Below, piece after piece: positions 7,892 to 17,477 of a stretch of DNA of 64,000 nucleotides. The DNA comes from Chitinophagales bacterium. GTDB lineage: Bacteria > Bacteroidota > Bacteroidia > Chitinophagales > LD1. Each line of letters starts with the position of its first letter. The stretch's first letter is position 1. Below the pieces are notes generated by a model. The model saw only the letters and a list, made by a program, of their open reading frames with translations, was not told the DNA's origin and did not search any database. Where the stretch lies: assembly GCA_026129525.1 (NCBI GenBank), contig JAHCHW010000007.1, forward strand, positions 132,561-196,560, written 5' to 3'. Made by a program: the position numbers and the translations under genes.

Positions 7892-10024
7892 TCAAAAATC
7901 AGCATTTACGGTGTAGTTAAAACGGGCGGTGAAAGTAACATCCAAATTGTAGTCGCTGTAAATTTTTAGGTACTGCCCGTTGCAAACAGTATTGCTTGAC
8001 TTTGTGGAAAAATCGGCACGAATAACTGCCTGCTTTCCGGTTTTAATTTTTGCCATGCGGTCTTCATTTACATAAAGCGGAACTTTTGTTCGCTTGGCTT
8101 TGTCGGCTTTGCAGTCGTTATTCAAATCGGCAGCGGCAACTATCTGGTTAATTACAAGCGTATCTACGGCATTCCAGTTTTCATCGTAAATAATCATATC
8201 CATGTTGGCTTCAATCGGATATTTGTTGTAAGCTATCAGGTTAATTACCCCATCGGTAATGCCGTTAATGTTGGTATTGGTTTGGCTCAAATCGAACGCA
8301 ATGGTGTCCTGCAACACAAGGTTGTTGGCTATGAGTGAAAGCGGAATTTCGGCATCTAATTTTACTTTGAGTGCACTTTCCAAGTAGGCAAAATCGCGGT
8401 ATTGCAGATTGTTGCCGTTTACATTGGTTTTTACTTCTACATCGTACAACAATTTGTTCGGAAGAATGCCGAGCAGTTCGCGAATGTTAGAGTTGCTGTT
8501 GTTGATGTTGTAAGCGCTGGTAGTAGCTTTAAGCGGAAAATCGGTGGCGCGGTTTATTACCAACGGCTGCCCCACTATAGAACCCGAAAGTGTTTTAGTG
8601 CCGTTGTTTTTACTGATAGCGGTAAGCCCGTTAATTTTCACTTGCCCGTCCACACCAATGCCGTTTTCAACCGTAAATTTCATATTCACGTCTTCGAGGT
8701 CAATGGAGCCGCTCTTAAAAACATCAAGAAAAGCAAAATCGGCACTGTCGTTGGCTTTAATGGTATCGCGCCCGGCATAGCCTTTAATGTAATTGGGCGC
8801 AATGTTCATCAGTTCATAGCGAATCCAAAGGCTGTCAGCCTGAGTAATGTGGCGGGTTATACCCGATGAATCTATCCGTGCTACTACGCGCTGCGTGTAG
8901 GTGTTGAATGAAGTTCCATTTTTGCCGGTAAGGTTAATGGAGTAACCTGTTATGTCGAACGAATCGTCAATAGTAACCGTTCCGCCCACGGGCGCTGCGG
9001 GAACTGTGGTAAATTTCTTTAGCGGCTTGCCGTAGTTATCGTAAGCGCCCACCAGGGTGTATTCCAAATACATTTGTTCTTCCACCGAACTGGTTACAAA
9101 AATCCGCAGGAAACCTCTTCGCGCATCTATGTAAGTAAACTTGCGGTCGCCAATTTCCTGTGTTACATCTTCGGTAATTTCCACCACATTTTGTGTAGGA
9201 AATTTTGCCCATGCTTCAGAGGCTTTCAGGAATGCTACAAACATCCGCAATTCAATGTAATCGGTGGTATCAATAAGTACAGGGTTGCCGTTGCTGCCGG
9301 GTGTGTTAAGATTTACAACCGAAAACTCAAGCATGTTGGTTAAGTGTGCCCCCGCCAGCGGTATCTCAACATATACCGAGTCGTAAGCAGGAATGTAAGG
9401 CATTGCATAAGAAGTAATTACTGAGCCGTCCACTTTGTTGCGGAGTACCAAATCGGCATTGCTAAGCGGAACGGGTAAGTGATTGATAGCCCAAATTTCT
9501 ACCTGCCCTGATGATAGATAAGCGCTGTCGAAAAAACTCGTAGCATCAAAATCAAACGACCCGGGCGAAAAGCCGTTAAGCGGAGGAATAGCAACGCTGT
9601 TGCCGTTTTGTGCAATAAGATACTGCCCTAAAAACTGCGTGGCAAAATCGGTGCTGGTCATCATTACCGTTGCCAGTTCGCCAAGCGAAGTGCGGTAAGT
9701 AATACGTTGGTTAGGAAGCCCAAGTTCGGAGAGGTTAAATTTTTGCCCGATGGCGGTGTCGGGAATGTTGATGATTTGCTCTGCCAGATTAAAATCGTAG
9801 AGGGTGGTAGAATACGCCAGAGTAAGCGATTTGTCGCTGTTTGTTTTTATGGATGAATCTTTTACCAAGTTTTGCAGTGAAAGATTGGTATTGGCAATAG
9901 GAACTAACAGTTCAGTATCCCAGTGAGTTCTTCTTTCTTTTTTGCACGAAAAAATAAACAGGGTTACGGTAACGATGCTAAAAAGCAGTAGCAGTTTTGT
10001 GGCGCGAAGCATTCGGTTATGCAA
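7892..10024 (-). CDS. Uncharacterised lipoprotein (710 aa)
   Basis: Signal and lipobox-like sequence LLLLFSIVTVTLFIFSCKKE. It is a long ORF with no recognisable catalytic motif, sits 22 nt upstream of the barrel gene and also ends in ...NADF. Confidence 0.7.
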   Translation of the reverse strand: MHNRMLRATKLLLLFSIVTVTLFIFSCKKERRTHWDTELLVPIANTNLSLQNLVKDSSIKTNSDKSLTLAYSTTLYDFNLAEQIINIPDTAIGQKFNLSELGLPNQRITYRTSLGELATVMMTSTDFATQFLGQYLIAQNGNSVAIPPLNGFSPGSFDFDATSFFDSAYLSSGQVEIWAINHLPVPLSNADLVLRNKVDGSVITSYAMPYIPAYDSVYVEIPLAGAHLTNMLEFSVVNLNTPGSNGNPVLIDTTDYIELRMFVAFLKASEAWAKFPTQNVVEITEDVTQEIGDRKFTYIDARRGFLRIFVTSSVEEQMYLEYTLVGAYDNYGKPLKKFTTVPAAPVGGTVTIDDSFDITGYSINLTGKNGTSFNTYTQRVVARIDSSGITRHITQADSLWIRYELMNIAPNYIKGYAGRDTIKANDSADFAFLDVFKSGSIDLEDVNMKFTVENGIGVDGQVKINGLTAISKNNGTKTLSGSIVGQPLVINRATDFPLKATTSAYNINNSNSNIRELLGILPNKLLYDVEVKTNVNGNNLQYRDFAYLESALKVKLDAEIPLSLIANNLVLQDTIAFDLSQTNTNINGITDGVINLIAYNKYPIEANMDMIIYDENWNAVDTLVINQIVAAADLNNDCKADKAKRTKVPLYVNEDRMAKIKTGKQAVIRADFSTKSSNTVCNGQYLKIYSDYNLDVTFTARFNYTVNADF

Positions 10025-10133
10025 TTCTCTTGTATTTTCGACTAAAATAGAAATTTTGAAACGTCAGAAAGCGATTGAAGAGGCTACCCCTTAAAACGTT
10101 AAAGACGGGCGAATATAAATACTTCTGCAAGGC

Positions 10134-10964
10134 ATGTTTTCCATCATCATTCCAACATGGAATAATTTTTCTTTTCTCCGATTGTGCGTGCAGAGTATTC
10201 AACAAAATTCGGCTTTCGCACATCAAATCATTCTGCATATAAACAATGGCAGTGACGGCACCTTGCAATGGGCGCAAAACAACGGGATAGCTTACACGCA
10301 CTCTGCCGAAAATATAGGTATTTGCAAAGCGGTGAATATGGCATCGCAAAAAATTACGGAGCAGTATGTGGTGTTTATGAACGATGACATGTACTGCCTG
10401 CCCGGGTGGGATAACGTGTTAGCCGATGAAATTGCCAAGCTAAATGCCGATTGCTTTATGCTTTCGGCAACTATGATTGAACCTTACAACACCCGCAACA
10501 AATGTGTGGTGGTAGCCGATTACGGAAAAGGTGTTGAAGATTTCAGAGAGCAGAATTTGCTGAGTGAGTATAAAAACTTAGTTCGCAGCGATTGGTCCGG
10601 CTCAACTTGGCCGCCTTCGGTGGTGCATAAAAAATGGTGGGATGCGGTAGGAGGGTACAGCGAAGAGTTTTCGCCCGGCATGAGCAGCGATGACGATTTT
10701 GCGATGAAAATGTGGCAGGCGGGTTGCCGTATTTACAAAGGGGTAGGCAATAGTTTGGTGTATCACTTTATTTCCAAATCAACCGGTAGAATTGCCCGCA
10801 ACGATGGAAGAAAGCAGTTTATGCAAAAGTGGGGCATTAAGCAGTCTGCTTTTCATAAGTATTATACCCGCAGAGGCGAAGATTACCAAGGCAAACTGCA
10901 AGAGCCGGGGAGGAGCATTGGGCTATTGTGGGAAAGGTTTTTGGCAAAATTTGTTGGGAAATAG
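10134..10964 (+). CDS. Glycosyltransferase family 2
   Basis: N-terminal MFSIIIPTWNNFSFLRLCVQSI and FMNDDM (DxD-like) motifs typical of the GT2 fold. Confidence 0.8.
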   Translation: MFSIIIPTWNNFSFLRLCVQSIQQNSAFAHQIILHINNGSDGTLQWAQNNGIAYTHSAENIGICKAVNMASQKITEQYVVFMNDDMYCLPGWDNVLADEIAKLNADCFMLSATMIEPYNTRNKCVVVADYGKGVEDFREQNLLSEYKNLVRSDWSGSTWPPSVVHKKWWDAVGGYSEEFSPGMSSDDDFAMKMWQAGCRIYKGVGNSLVYHFISKSTGRIARNDGRKQFMQKWGIKQSAFHKYYTRRGEDYQGKLQEPGRSIGLLWERFLAKFVGK

Positions 10965-11069
10965 GCAATTGTACTTTGTGGAAAACCTGTGGAAACGTGT
11001 TGGTTTCTTCGGGTTTTTCCGCCTTCTTCTTTTTATATTTTCGCTCGCTTTCTACAGGAGGGACACACT

Positions 11070-14000
11070 ATGCAGTTATCAACTTTGGAGATTAAGGGTT
11101 TTAAGAGTTTTGCCGAAAAAACTACTATCCACTTCAATAACAAAATTACCGGGGTGGTGGGCCCTAACGGTTGCGGCAAAAGCAACGTGGTGGACAGCAT
11201 ACGTTGGGTATTGGGCGAGCAGAAAACCAGTATGCTCCGTTTGGAAAAAATGGAGAACCTGATTTTTAACGGTACGCGCAGCCGCAAGCCGGCCGGTATG
11301 GCGGAAGTATCGCTTACTTTTGAGAATACCAAAAACGTAGTTTCCTCCGATTACAAAACCATCACCATTACCCGCAGGCTTTTCCGCGATGGCGAAAGCG
11401 AATATTTGCTGAATGGTGTTGCCTGCCGCTTAAAAGACATTACATCACTCTTTCTTGATACGGGCGTAAGTAGCGATTCGTATGCCATTATTGAGTTGGG
11501 CATGATTGACGAAATTCTGAACGACCGCGATAACAGCCGAAGAAAATTGTTTGAACAGGCAGCGGGAATCAGCAAATACAAAAAGCGTAAAAAGGAAACC
11601 ATTGACAAGCTGAAAGGTACCGATGCCGATTTGGAACGTGTAAAGGATTTGCTGTTTGAAATTGAGAACAACTTAAAAACGCTTGAACAACAAGCTAAGA
11701 AAACCAAGCGCTACTACGAACTGAAAGACGAATACAAGGAATTGAGTTTGTTGTTGGCAAAGTACAACCTGCAATCGTATAAGGAAACGTTCAAAAACCT
11801 CGAACTGCAAAAGCAAACCGAAGAGGATAAAAAATTAGAACTGGAAACTTCGGTAACGCAGGTTGAAGCGCTGCTCGAAAAAGAAAAGTTAGACAACGTA
11901 GAGAAGGAGAAGGCGCTTTTCGAGGTGCAGAAAAAGCTGAATACGCTGGTGGCAGGTGTGGGCGAAAAAGAGAACGAACGCAACTTGCTCAATCAGCAAA
12001 TAAAACATGCGCTTGATAAAAAAGATACTGCCGAGCGCCAGATTGTGGAAGCCAACGATCAGGTAGAAAAACTGAAACTTTCTATTGACAAACTGAACAT
12101 TGACTTCGAAGCTGAATCGAAAATTTTAGACGGAAAAAAAAGCGAACTGGCGGTGCTAGAAGCCGAGTTGAACGAAATCCGCTCGCAGCATGGCACACTT
12201 AAGGATTCACTTACTGCCGAACAAAAAACATTTACCGAAAAAGAGCGACACATTTTCGAACTGGAAAAAAAGTTAGCCGTTAACCGCAGCAGCAACGAAA
12301 GTTTGCAAAACGACTTGTCGCAAAGCGAAGGCGATGTGCAAAAGAAAAGGGCAGAGTTAGAGCAGTTGCAGAAAGATTTTGAGCAACTGAAAGCAGAGAA
12401 AGAACAAGCTGAAGTAAAACTCAGCACACTTCTTGCCGAAGAAGAAAACCGCAAAAAAGAAATTGCGGAATTGGAAGCATCGGTTGAGAAAACCCGTCAG
12501 GAACTTACGCAGGAAACCAGAAAATTAGATGCCCGCAAAAACGAGTTTGACCTTACCAAAAGTTTGGTAGAGAACCTTGAAGGTTTTCCGGAAAGCATCA
12601 AGTTTTTGAAGAAGAACGCCAAGTGGAGTCAGGAAGCACCTCTGCTTTCCGATATCATTTATTGTGCCGAAGAATACCGAGTTGCCATTGAAAACTACTT
12701 AGAGCCATACCTGAACTACTATGTAGTGCAGAACATTGAAGAAGCGGTAATGGCGGTGAATTTGCTGAACGATGCTTCGATGGGGCGAGCTAATTTTTTC
12801 ATTCTCGATGAATTTGAAAAGTATGAACTAAACGAAACCCTCTCTATTGACGGTGCCAAGCCGGTAAGCGAATTGGTAGAGTTAGACTCCCGCTACAAAA
12901 AATTAGGCGCTTATCTGCTCGACCGTGTTTATATGGTGGACGACAGCGGACAGTTTGATGCACGGTCGTTAAATACACAGGGTAAGAAGATTGTACTCCT
13001 TTCTAAGAGTGGTAGGTACATTCGCAAAGATTTTTCGTTGAGTGGCGGTGCGGTAGGTTTATTTGAAGGAAAGAAAATTGGTCGCGCTAAGAATTTAGAG
13101 AAACTGCAGGAAGAAATTAAAGCGCTGGAAGTATCTACTTACAAACTGCATCAGCAAGTTGCCAATGCACAGGTAAAAATAAACCAGTTGAAAGCCGCTT
13201 CGGCAGTGCGCGATATTGAAGCGCAGCGCAACACGGTCAATCAACTCAACTCAAAATCGTCAGCCGCGCAGGCAAGCATTCAAAGTTTAGTGAAGTTTCT
13301 GGAAAGTGCCGATGCCAAGAGCAAAGGCATTACCGAGCGTTTAGCATCGTTAAAAGCCGAAGTGGAAAACATAAATGCCGAGCTAAACACTTTGCGCGAA
13401 ACCCAAAGTGCGGCAAAGGCAATTCTGGAGCAAACCGACAAGGAGTTTGTGGAGCTTACTAATCGTTTGAGCGAAGCTTCTTCCCGTTACAATCAAAAGA
13501 ATATTGAGTTTCATCAGCAGCAAAACCGCGTTAACTCCATTAGTCAGGAATTGGGCTTTAAGAAAAGCCAGATTGAAACGCTTACCTCGCAACTTACGCG
13601 CAACAACGAAGTAATTTTGGAAAGCGAAATGCAGGTGGAGGATAATCAACGCAAGTTAAAGGAACTGGAAGCGGTGTTACTGGCAAACTATGCCGATAAA
13701 GAAAGCTACCAAAACGAAGTAGCTGAATCGGAGAAGACATATTACGACTCGCGTGGAATGATTAACGAGTTAGACGGAAAAGTGCGCGAGCTAACCCGCC
13801 AGCGCGATAATGTAGCGATGCTGCTCGGGCAAATCAATGAGAAGTTCAATGAACTGAAGCTCTCTATGGCTTCCATGAAAGAGCGCCTGAGTGTAGAATT
13901 TAACATTGACATCAATGTGTTGCTGAACGAAGAGTTTGAAATGGTGCAACCATTGGAAGAGGTGCAGGCGGAAACCGACAAAGTGAAAAAGCGGTTGGAA

Positions 14001-14609
14001 AATTTCGGGGAAATAAATCCTATGGCGCTGGAGGCTTTCGAGGAAATGAAAAAGCGTTACGACTTTATTATTGCCCAGCGCAAAGATTTGGAAGATGCCA
14101 AAACTTCGTTGCTCGATACCATTAAAGAAATTGAAGACACCGCCAAAACACAGTTTCTGGATGCGTTTGGAAAAGTGCGCGAGAGTTTCATCAACGTATT
14201 CCACACGCTGTTCAGTGCCGATGACCAATGCGATTTGTTCCTTGTAAATCCGGACGACCCGCTGGAATCGAAAATTGAAATTGTGGCTAAGCCCAAAGGT
14301 AAGCGCCCAACTGTAATTGACCAGCTTTCGGGCGGAGAAAAAACATTAACTGCTACTGCGCTGCTGTTTTCGCTTTACTTATTGAAGCCCGCACCGTTCT
14401 GTATTTTCGATGAGGTAGATGCTCCGCTTGATGACGGTAACATTGCCAAGTTCAACAAAATTATTCAGGAGTTCTCTAAAGAATCGCAGTTCATCATCGT
14501 TACCCACAACAAATCAACCATGACTGCCGTAGATGCCATTTACGGGGTTACCATGGCGGAAATGGGGGTTTCGCGCGTGGTGCCGGTTGATTTCAGAAGT
14601 TTGAACTAA
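11070..14609 (+). CDS. smc: Chromosome segregation protein SMC
   Basis: Start set at ATG 11070 (MQLSTLEIKGFKSF). Walker A GPNGCGKSN, long E/K/L-rich coiled coils, a hinge region, signature LSGGEKTLTATALLFSLY and Walker B FCIFDEVDAPLD. Confidence 0.93.
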   Translation: MQLSTLEIKGFKSFAEKTTIHFNNKITGVVGPNGCGKSNVVDSIRWVLGEQKTSMLRLEKMENLIFNGTRSRKPAGMAEVSLTFENTKNVVSSDYKTITITRRLFRDGESEYLLNGVACRLKDITSLFLDTGVSSDSYAIIELGMIDEILNDRDNSRRKLFEQAAGISKYKKRKKETIDKLKGTDADLERVKDLLFEIENNLKTLEQQAKKTKRYYELKDEYKELSLLLAKYNLQSYKETFKNLELQKQTEEDKKLELETSVTQVEALLEKEKLDNVEKEKALFEVQKKLNTLVAGVGEKENERNLLNQQIKHALDKKDTAERQIVEANDQVEKLKLSIDKLNIDFEAESKILDGKKSELAVLEAELNEIRSQHGTLKDSLTAEQKTFTEKERHIFELEKKLAVNRSSNESLQNDLSQSEGDVQKKRAELEQLQKDFEQLKAEKEQAEVKLSTLLAEEENRKKEIAELEASVEKTRQELTQETRKLDARKNEFDLTKSLVENLEGFPESIKFLKKNAKWSQEAPLLSDIIYCAEEYRVAIENYLEPYLNYYVVQNIEEAVMAVNLLNDASMGRANFFILDEFEKYELNETLSIDGAKPVSELVELDSRYKKLGAYLLDRVYMVDDSGQFDARSLNTQGKKIVLLSKSGRYIRKDFSLSGGAVGLFEGKKIGRAKNLEKLQEEIKALEVSTYKLHQQVANAQVKINQLKAASAVRDIEAQRNTVNQLNSKSSAAQASIQSLVKFLESADAKSKGITERLASLKAEVENINAELNTLRETQSAAKAILEQTDKEFVELTNRLSEASSRYNQKNIEFHQQQNRVNSISQELGFKKSQIETLTSQLTRNNEVILESEMQVEDNQRKLKELEAVLLANYADKESYQNEVAESEKTYYDSRGMINELDGKVRELTRQRDNVAMLLGQINEKFNELKLSMASMKERLSVEFNIDINVLLNEEFEMVQPLEEVQAETDKVKKRLENFGEINPMALEAFEEMKKRYDFIIAQRKDLEDAKTSLLDTIKEIEDTAKTQFLDAFGKVRESFINVFHTLFSADDQCDLFLVNPDDPLESKIEIVAKPKGKRPTVIDQLSGGEKTLTATALLFSLYLLKPAPFCIFDEVDAPLDDGNIAKFNKIIQEFSKESQFIIVTHNKSTMTAVDAIYGVTMAEMGVSRVVPVDFRSLN

Positions 14610-14729
14610 CGTGGAAATACAAATACCACATTGCGGGTATTCTCATCATACTCTTTGCTTTTGTTATTTTGAAAAAGTAATTAGGCTGTCATATTCCAAG
14701 TGTAAGGATTATATTCAGATTTTGTTTGC

Positions 14730-16661
14730 CTAGTTGTTGGGGACAAGGAAAGATGTTTTCAACTTGCCTTTTCTGAGCGAAGTAATGTTAAGTTGATACA
14801 GCTCAATGTTGCCGGACTCAGCAACTTTTGGCATAGAAAAATCACTCACTAGTTTTCTTGAGTTGTAAAAGGTTTTTTGTTGAATAGGCAAGTCAAAACT
14901 TCCATACAAAGTGCTGTCGGGATAGTAGCTTCCATCAATATAAAACAATAGCGGTTTAGAGTTAAGTAACGCTAACAGCGTGTCGTTCGCCCGGTCATTA
15001 TTTATTAGACTATACATTTGTTTTGCCTGCGCTACTGAAGTTCTGGACATAGTCGAACTCATTAAGGGAAGCCCTGTGTTGTAAGCAAATGCCAAAGACT
15101 TTACGAAATGCATTTTCTCTGCATCAACGCTGTAATCGAGCGACTCTGAACCTACATGGTAGTATGGTAATGGAACTATGGCCTGATATTGTACTCCGTA
15201 ATCTTTGTGGATTATTTTTTTTACATCTGCTAATTCGGCAGTTTGTAGTCTAAAGGGGTTAGCAACTTGCGAAGTTCGAATAAACTCATAGGCGTTTCTG
15301 GCATCTTTACAGTTAAAGTAAACGAGAACAATAACAATTGCGGCAAACCACCGGTTTCTATTCTTTAAAAGCAACGTAATTAGGTAAATAGCGCCAATGT
15401 TTAATGCCCAGAAGAGCGGCCATGCAAACCGGCCTAAACACCTAAAGTGGGTAATTTTTTTTGTGTTCAGCTCTATATGATAGAACAGGCTGTAATAATT
15501 CGAGAAAACATAATCATTATTTTCGCCAAAGTAGTACTCGGGTCCAAAGGCAATTAACAACGGAGCAACAGTAGATGCTAACAATAACAGGACAAAATTG
15601 CGTTGATTGCCATGCTCATCCAGCCTAAGACTTTGGAAGAAGCTATTACCGATAACTGTTTTAATTATCAAAAGCACGGCAATTAAGTACAATACAAATC
15701 CCCCTAAGTAAACATGTGCTTCGTACGGTATGTATTTCGTGTACGAAAAGAGGAACTTGGTTTTAAGAAAATGGTAGGCAGTAAAGAGAGATGAAAATTG
15801 CAACTTCCATGGGGCGTGATTGTATCCTAAGGCAGTCTCATTTCTTTCGGTAAGATACGGATCGGTAAACGTAACGGTAATGTAGAACAATGCACCTGCC
15901 GCAAGTAAGCTGCCTATTGCAGATATCGCAAACGAAATGAATTTACGTTTCTGATGAATAAGATACCCCGTAAGCAGCACATAAAATGAACCTATCCATA
16001 CAGAAAGTATCAGTAAATAGTAAACATGGATAAGAAATGAGAGGTAGGTAATTGCTGCCAGAATAAGAATGTGCCATACATAACGTTTTGCTTCAATTAG
16101 GTTTTCGTACACCTTTAACATGAAATAAATGGGCAACAGCAGAATGAACGAAAAGCTAAGGTTTAGCGTGCCCCCGGGCACAAACCTGAGTATTTGAGGA
16201 TTGAGTAGAGGTAATGTAATGCTGAAAACAATAATGAGCAACGGATTATCTGTAATTCTTCTCAATATCATGCAGCACAAAACACTGCTTAATATTAACT
16301 GTAACAAAGCAAATAGGTCGAAGATGTAAGTAGTATATCCCCTGGTATTTATCCCTAGTTTGTTTATCCACTTAAGGGGGACAGATATAAGTGGAGAGTT
16401 GTCTGTATAAAGCACATGCTCGCCAAAGGGATAATTAAACCCTCTAAACATTAACAGATTAGTCGTTGTTGATGTGTCCTCAACATACACAGCTAGGGTG
16501 TAATAGTTTTTAAATCCGTCTGCCGAATTATGGAAAACGTAATCCCCCGGGTTGAAAACTGACTGCTGACAATAAAACAGAAGTAAGGAAAACTGAATTG
16601 CAAGTACTACAAGTAACTGAGTTCTTTTCCCCGATAACTTACATAGTAACCGATTGTACAC
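14730..16661 (-). CDS. Polytopic integral membrane protein with a C-terminal soluble domain (GT-C-like or YfhO-like; function unknown)
   Basis: At least 10 hydrophobic segments across aa 15-450, followed by a soluble domain of about 190 aa. It is divergent from a polyprenol-phosphate-type GT2 gene. Confidence 0.65.
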   Translation of the reverse strand: MYNRLLCKLSGKRTQLLVVLAIQFSLLLFYCQQSVFNPGDYVFHNSADGFKNYYTLAVYVEDTSTTTNLLMFRGFNYPFGEHVLYTDNSPLISVPLKWINKLGINTRGYTTYIFDLFALLQLILSSVLCCMILRRITDNPLLIIVFSITLPLLNPQILRFVPGGTLNLSFSFILLLPIYFMLKVYENLIEAKRYVWHILILAAITYLSFLIHVYYLLILSVWIGSFYVLLTGYLIHQKRKFISFAISAIGSLLAAGALFYITVTFTDPYLTERNETALGYNHAPWKLQFSSLFTAYHFLKTKFLFSYTKYIPYEAHVYLGGFVLYLIAVLLIIKTVIGNSFFQSLRLDEHGNQRNFVLLLLASTVAPLLIAFGPEYYFGENNDYVFSNYYSLFYHIELNTKKITHFRCLGRFAWPLFWALNIGAIYLITLLLKNRNRWFAAIVIVLVYFNCKDARNAYEFIRTSQVANPFRLQTAELADVKKIIHKDYGVQYQAIVPLPYYHVGSESLDYSVDAEKMHFVKSLAFAYNTGLPLMSSTMSRTSVAQAKQMYSLINNDRANDTLLALLNSKPLLFYIDGSYYPDSTLYGSFDLPIQQKTFYNSRKLVSDFSMPKVAESGNIELYQLNITSLRKGKLKTSFLVPNN

Positions 16662-16688
16662 TTTTATTGTATAAGTGAGTCAAAGCTA

Positions 16689-16696
16689 TATATTTG
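16689..16696 (+). promoter_or_regulatory. Candidate Bacteroidota -7 promoter box (TAnnTTTG) for the GT2 gene at 16729
   Basis: TATATTTG is an exact consensus match, 33 nt upstream of the GTG start. This is a motif match only. Confidence 0.3.
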
Positions 16697-16728
16697 AACG
16701 AATTAGTTAAGTAGATTTCAATCTTGCA

Positions 16729-17436
16729 GTGGTATCAGAAAATCGGCTATCAATTGTTCTTCCATGTTATAACCCACCGGCATGTTGGGATAGTGAAGTA
16801 ACCGAAGCTAATAAGCAAATACAGTTACTCTTTCCCGGTACAGAACTGATAATAGTAAACGATGGCAGCACGAAAAACTTCACAGATGTATCAAGAGAGT
16901 TGTCCTCAATGTCTTCGATAAATTTTATTAGTTACACAGAAAACCAAGGCAAAGGCTACGCACTCCGCAAAGGAGTAGAAGCCGCTAAAGGCGATTACAT
17001 TGTTTATACGGATATTGACTTACCGTACACCCACGAAAGTTTTCTGAAAGTGATGGAGGCGTTAAAACAGGGCAACGATGTAGTGGTAGGCATAAGAAGC
17101 GAAGAGTACTATACACACTTGCCTAAATCACGGGTGTACATTTCAAAGTTTTTGCGCTCGCTTATTCGTTTTTTTCTGAGAATACCTACCGATGACACTC
17201 AGTGCGGATTAAAAGGATTTAACCAAAAGGGGAGGGAGGTTTTCCTAAGCACTACCATTAACCGGCACCTGTTCGATTTAGAGTTTGTTTTTCTTTCGGC
17301 ACGTAAAAAACTAAAAATTAAAACTGTGGAAGTGGAACTTCGCCCCGAAGTAGTGCTATCACAAATGAACTGGAAAATATTGCTGCAAGAGTTCGGCAAC
17401 TTTTTGAAGATATTCGCGAAGTCAATAACCAATTAG
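16729..17436 (+). CDS. Glycosyltransferase family 2, polyprenol/dolichol-phosphate glycosyltransferase-like
   Basis: GTG start. Motifs LSIVLPCYNP, VNDGSTKNF, ENQGKGYALRKG and YTDIDLPY (DxD) resemble Dpm1/Alg5/GtrB-type enzymes. Confidence 0.8.
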   Translation: MVSENRLSIVLPCYNPPACWDSEVTEANKQIQLLFPGTELIIVNDGSTKNFTDVSRELSSMSSINFISYTENQGKGYALRKGVEAAKGDYIVYTDIDLPYTHESFLKVMEALKQGNDVVVGIRSEEYYTHLPKSRVYISKFLRSLIRFFLRIPTDDTQCGLKGFNQKGREVFLSTTINRHLFDLEFVFLSARKKLKIKTVEVELRPEVVLSQMNWKILLQEFGNFLKIFAKSITN

Positions 17437-17477
17437 TAATGACCAATAACCAATATTCAATTTTCAATAATTAAAGC

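Noticed and set aside
8402-8869. Antisense ORFs of 140-176 aa inside confident genes (8402-8869, 19488-19922, 26715-27245, 58461-58967, 62217-62648)
   Set aside because: All are fully nested opposite genes with strong motif support. They show skewed low-complexity composition and no start-site context or recognisable domains.
10017-10349. 110 aa minus-strand ORF spanning the divergent promoter region and the 5' end of the GT2 gene
   Set aside because: It overlaps the well-supported GT2 start (IIIPTWNN motif), has no signal or motif content, and would extend the lipoprotein gene region across an AT-rich promoter. It is judged spurious.
10989-11069. N-terminal extensions offered by the ORF track (also 22254-22319, 34052-34165, 54704-54772, 29771-29791, 7870-7905, 27818-27838)
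   Set aside because: In each case an internal ATG yields a canonical N-terminus (signal peptide, or the conserved SMC/ParE start). The upstream extension is non-conserved-looking and overlaps the neighbouring gene or promoter region.
11033-14296. Series of antisense ORFs (79-145 aa), mostly Ser/Phe/Leu-rich, on the minus strand opposite smc
   Set aside because: They mirror the Glu/Lys/Leu-rich coiled-coil codons of smc. They are low-complexity, lack recognisable motifs, and are fully contained in a high-confidence gene.
14730-16661. Impression that the 643 aa membrane-protein gene is AT-richer than its surroundings (possible horizontal acquisition)
   Set aside because: Spot counts of 60 nt lines gave about 37-43 percent GC here versus about 42 percent in smc. 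That is within the expected bias for a hydrophobic membrane protein and is not significant without a proper sliding-window calculation.
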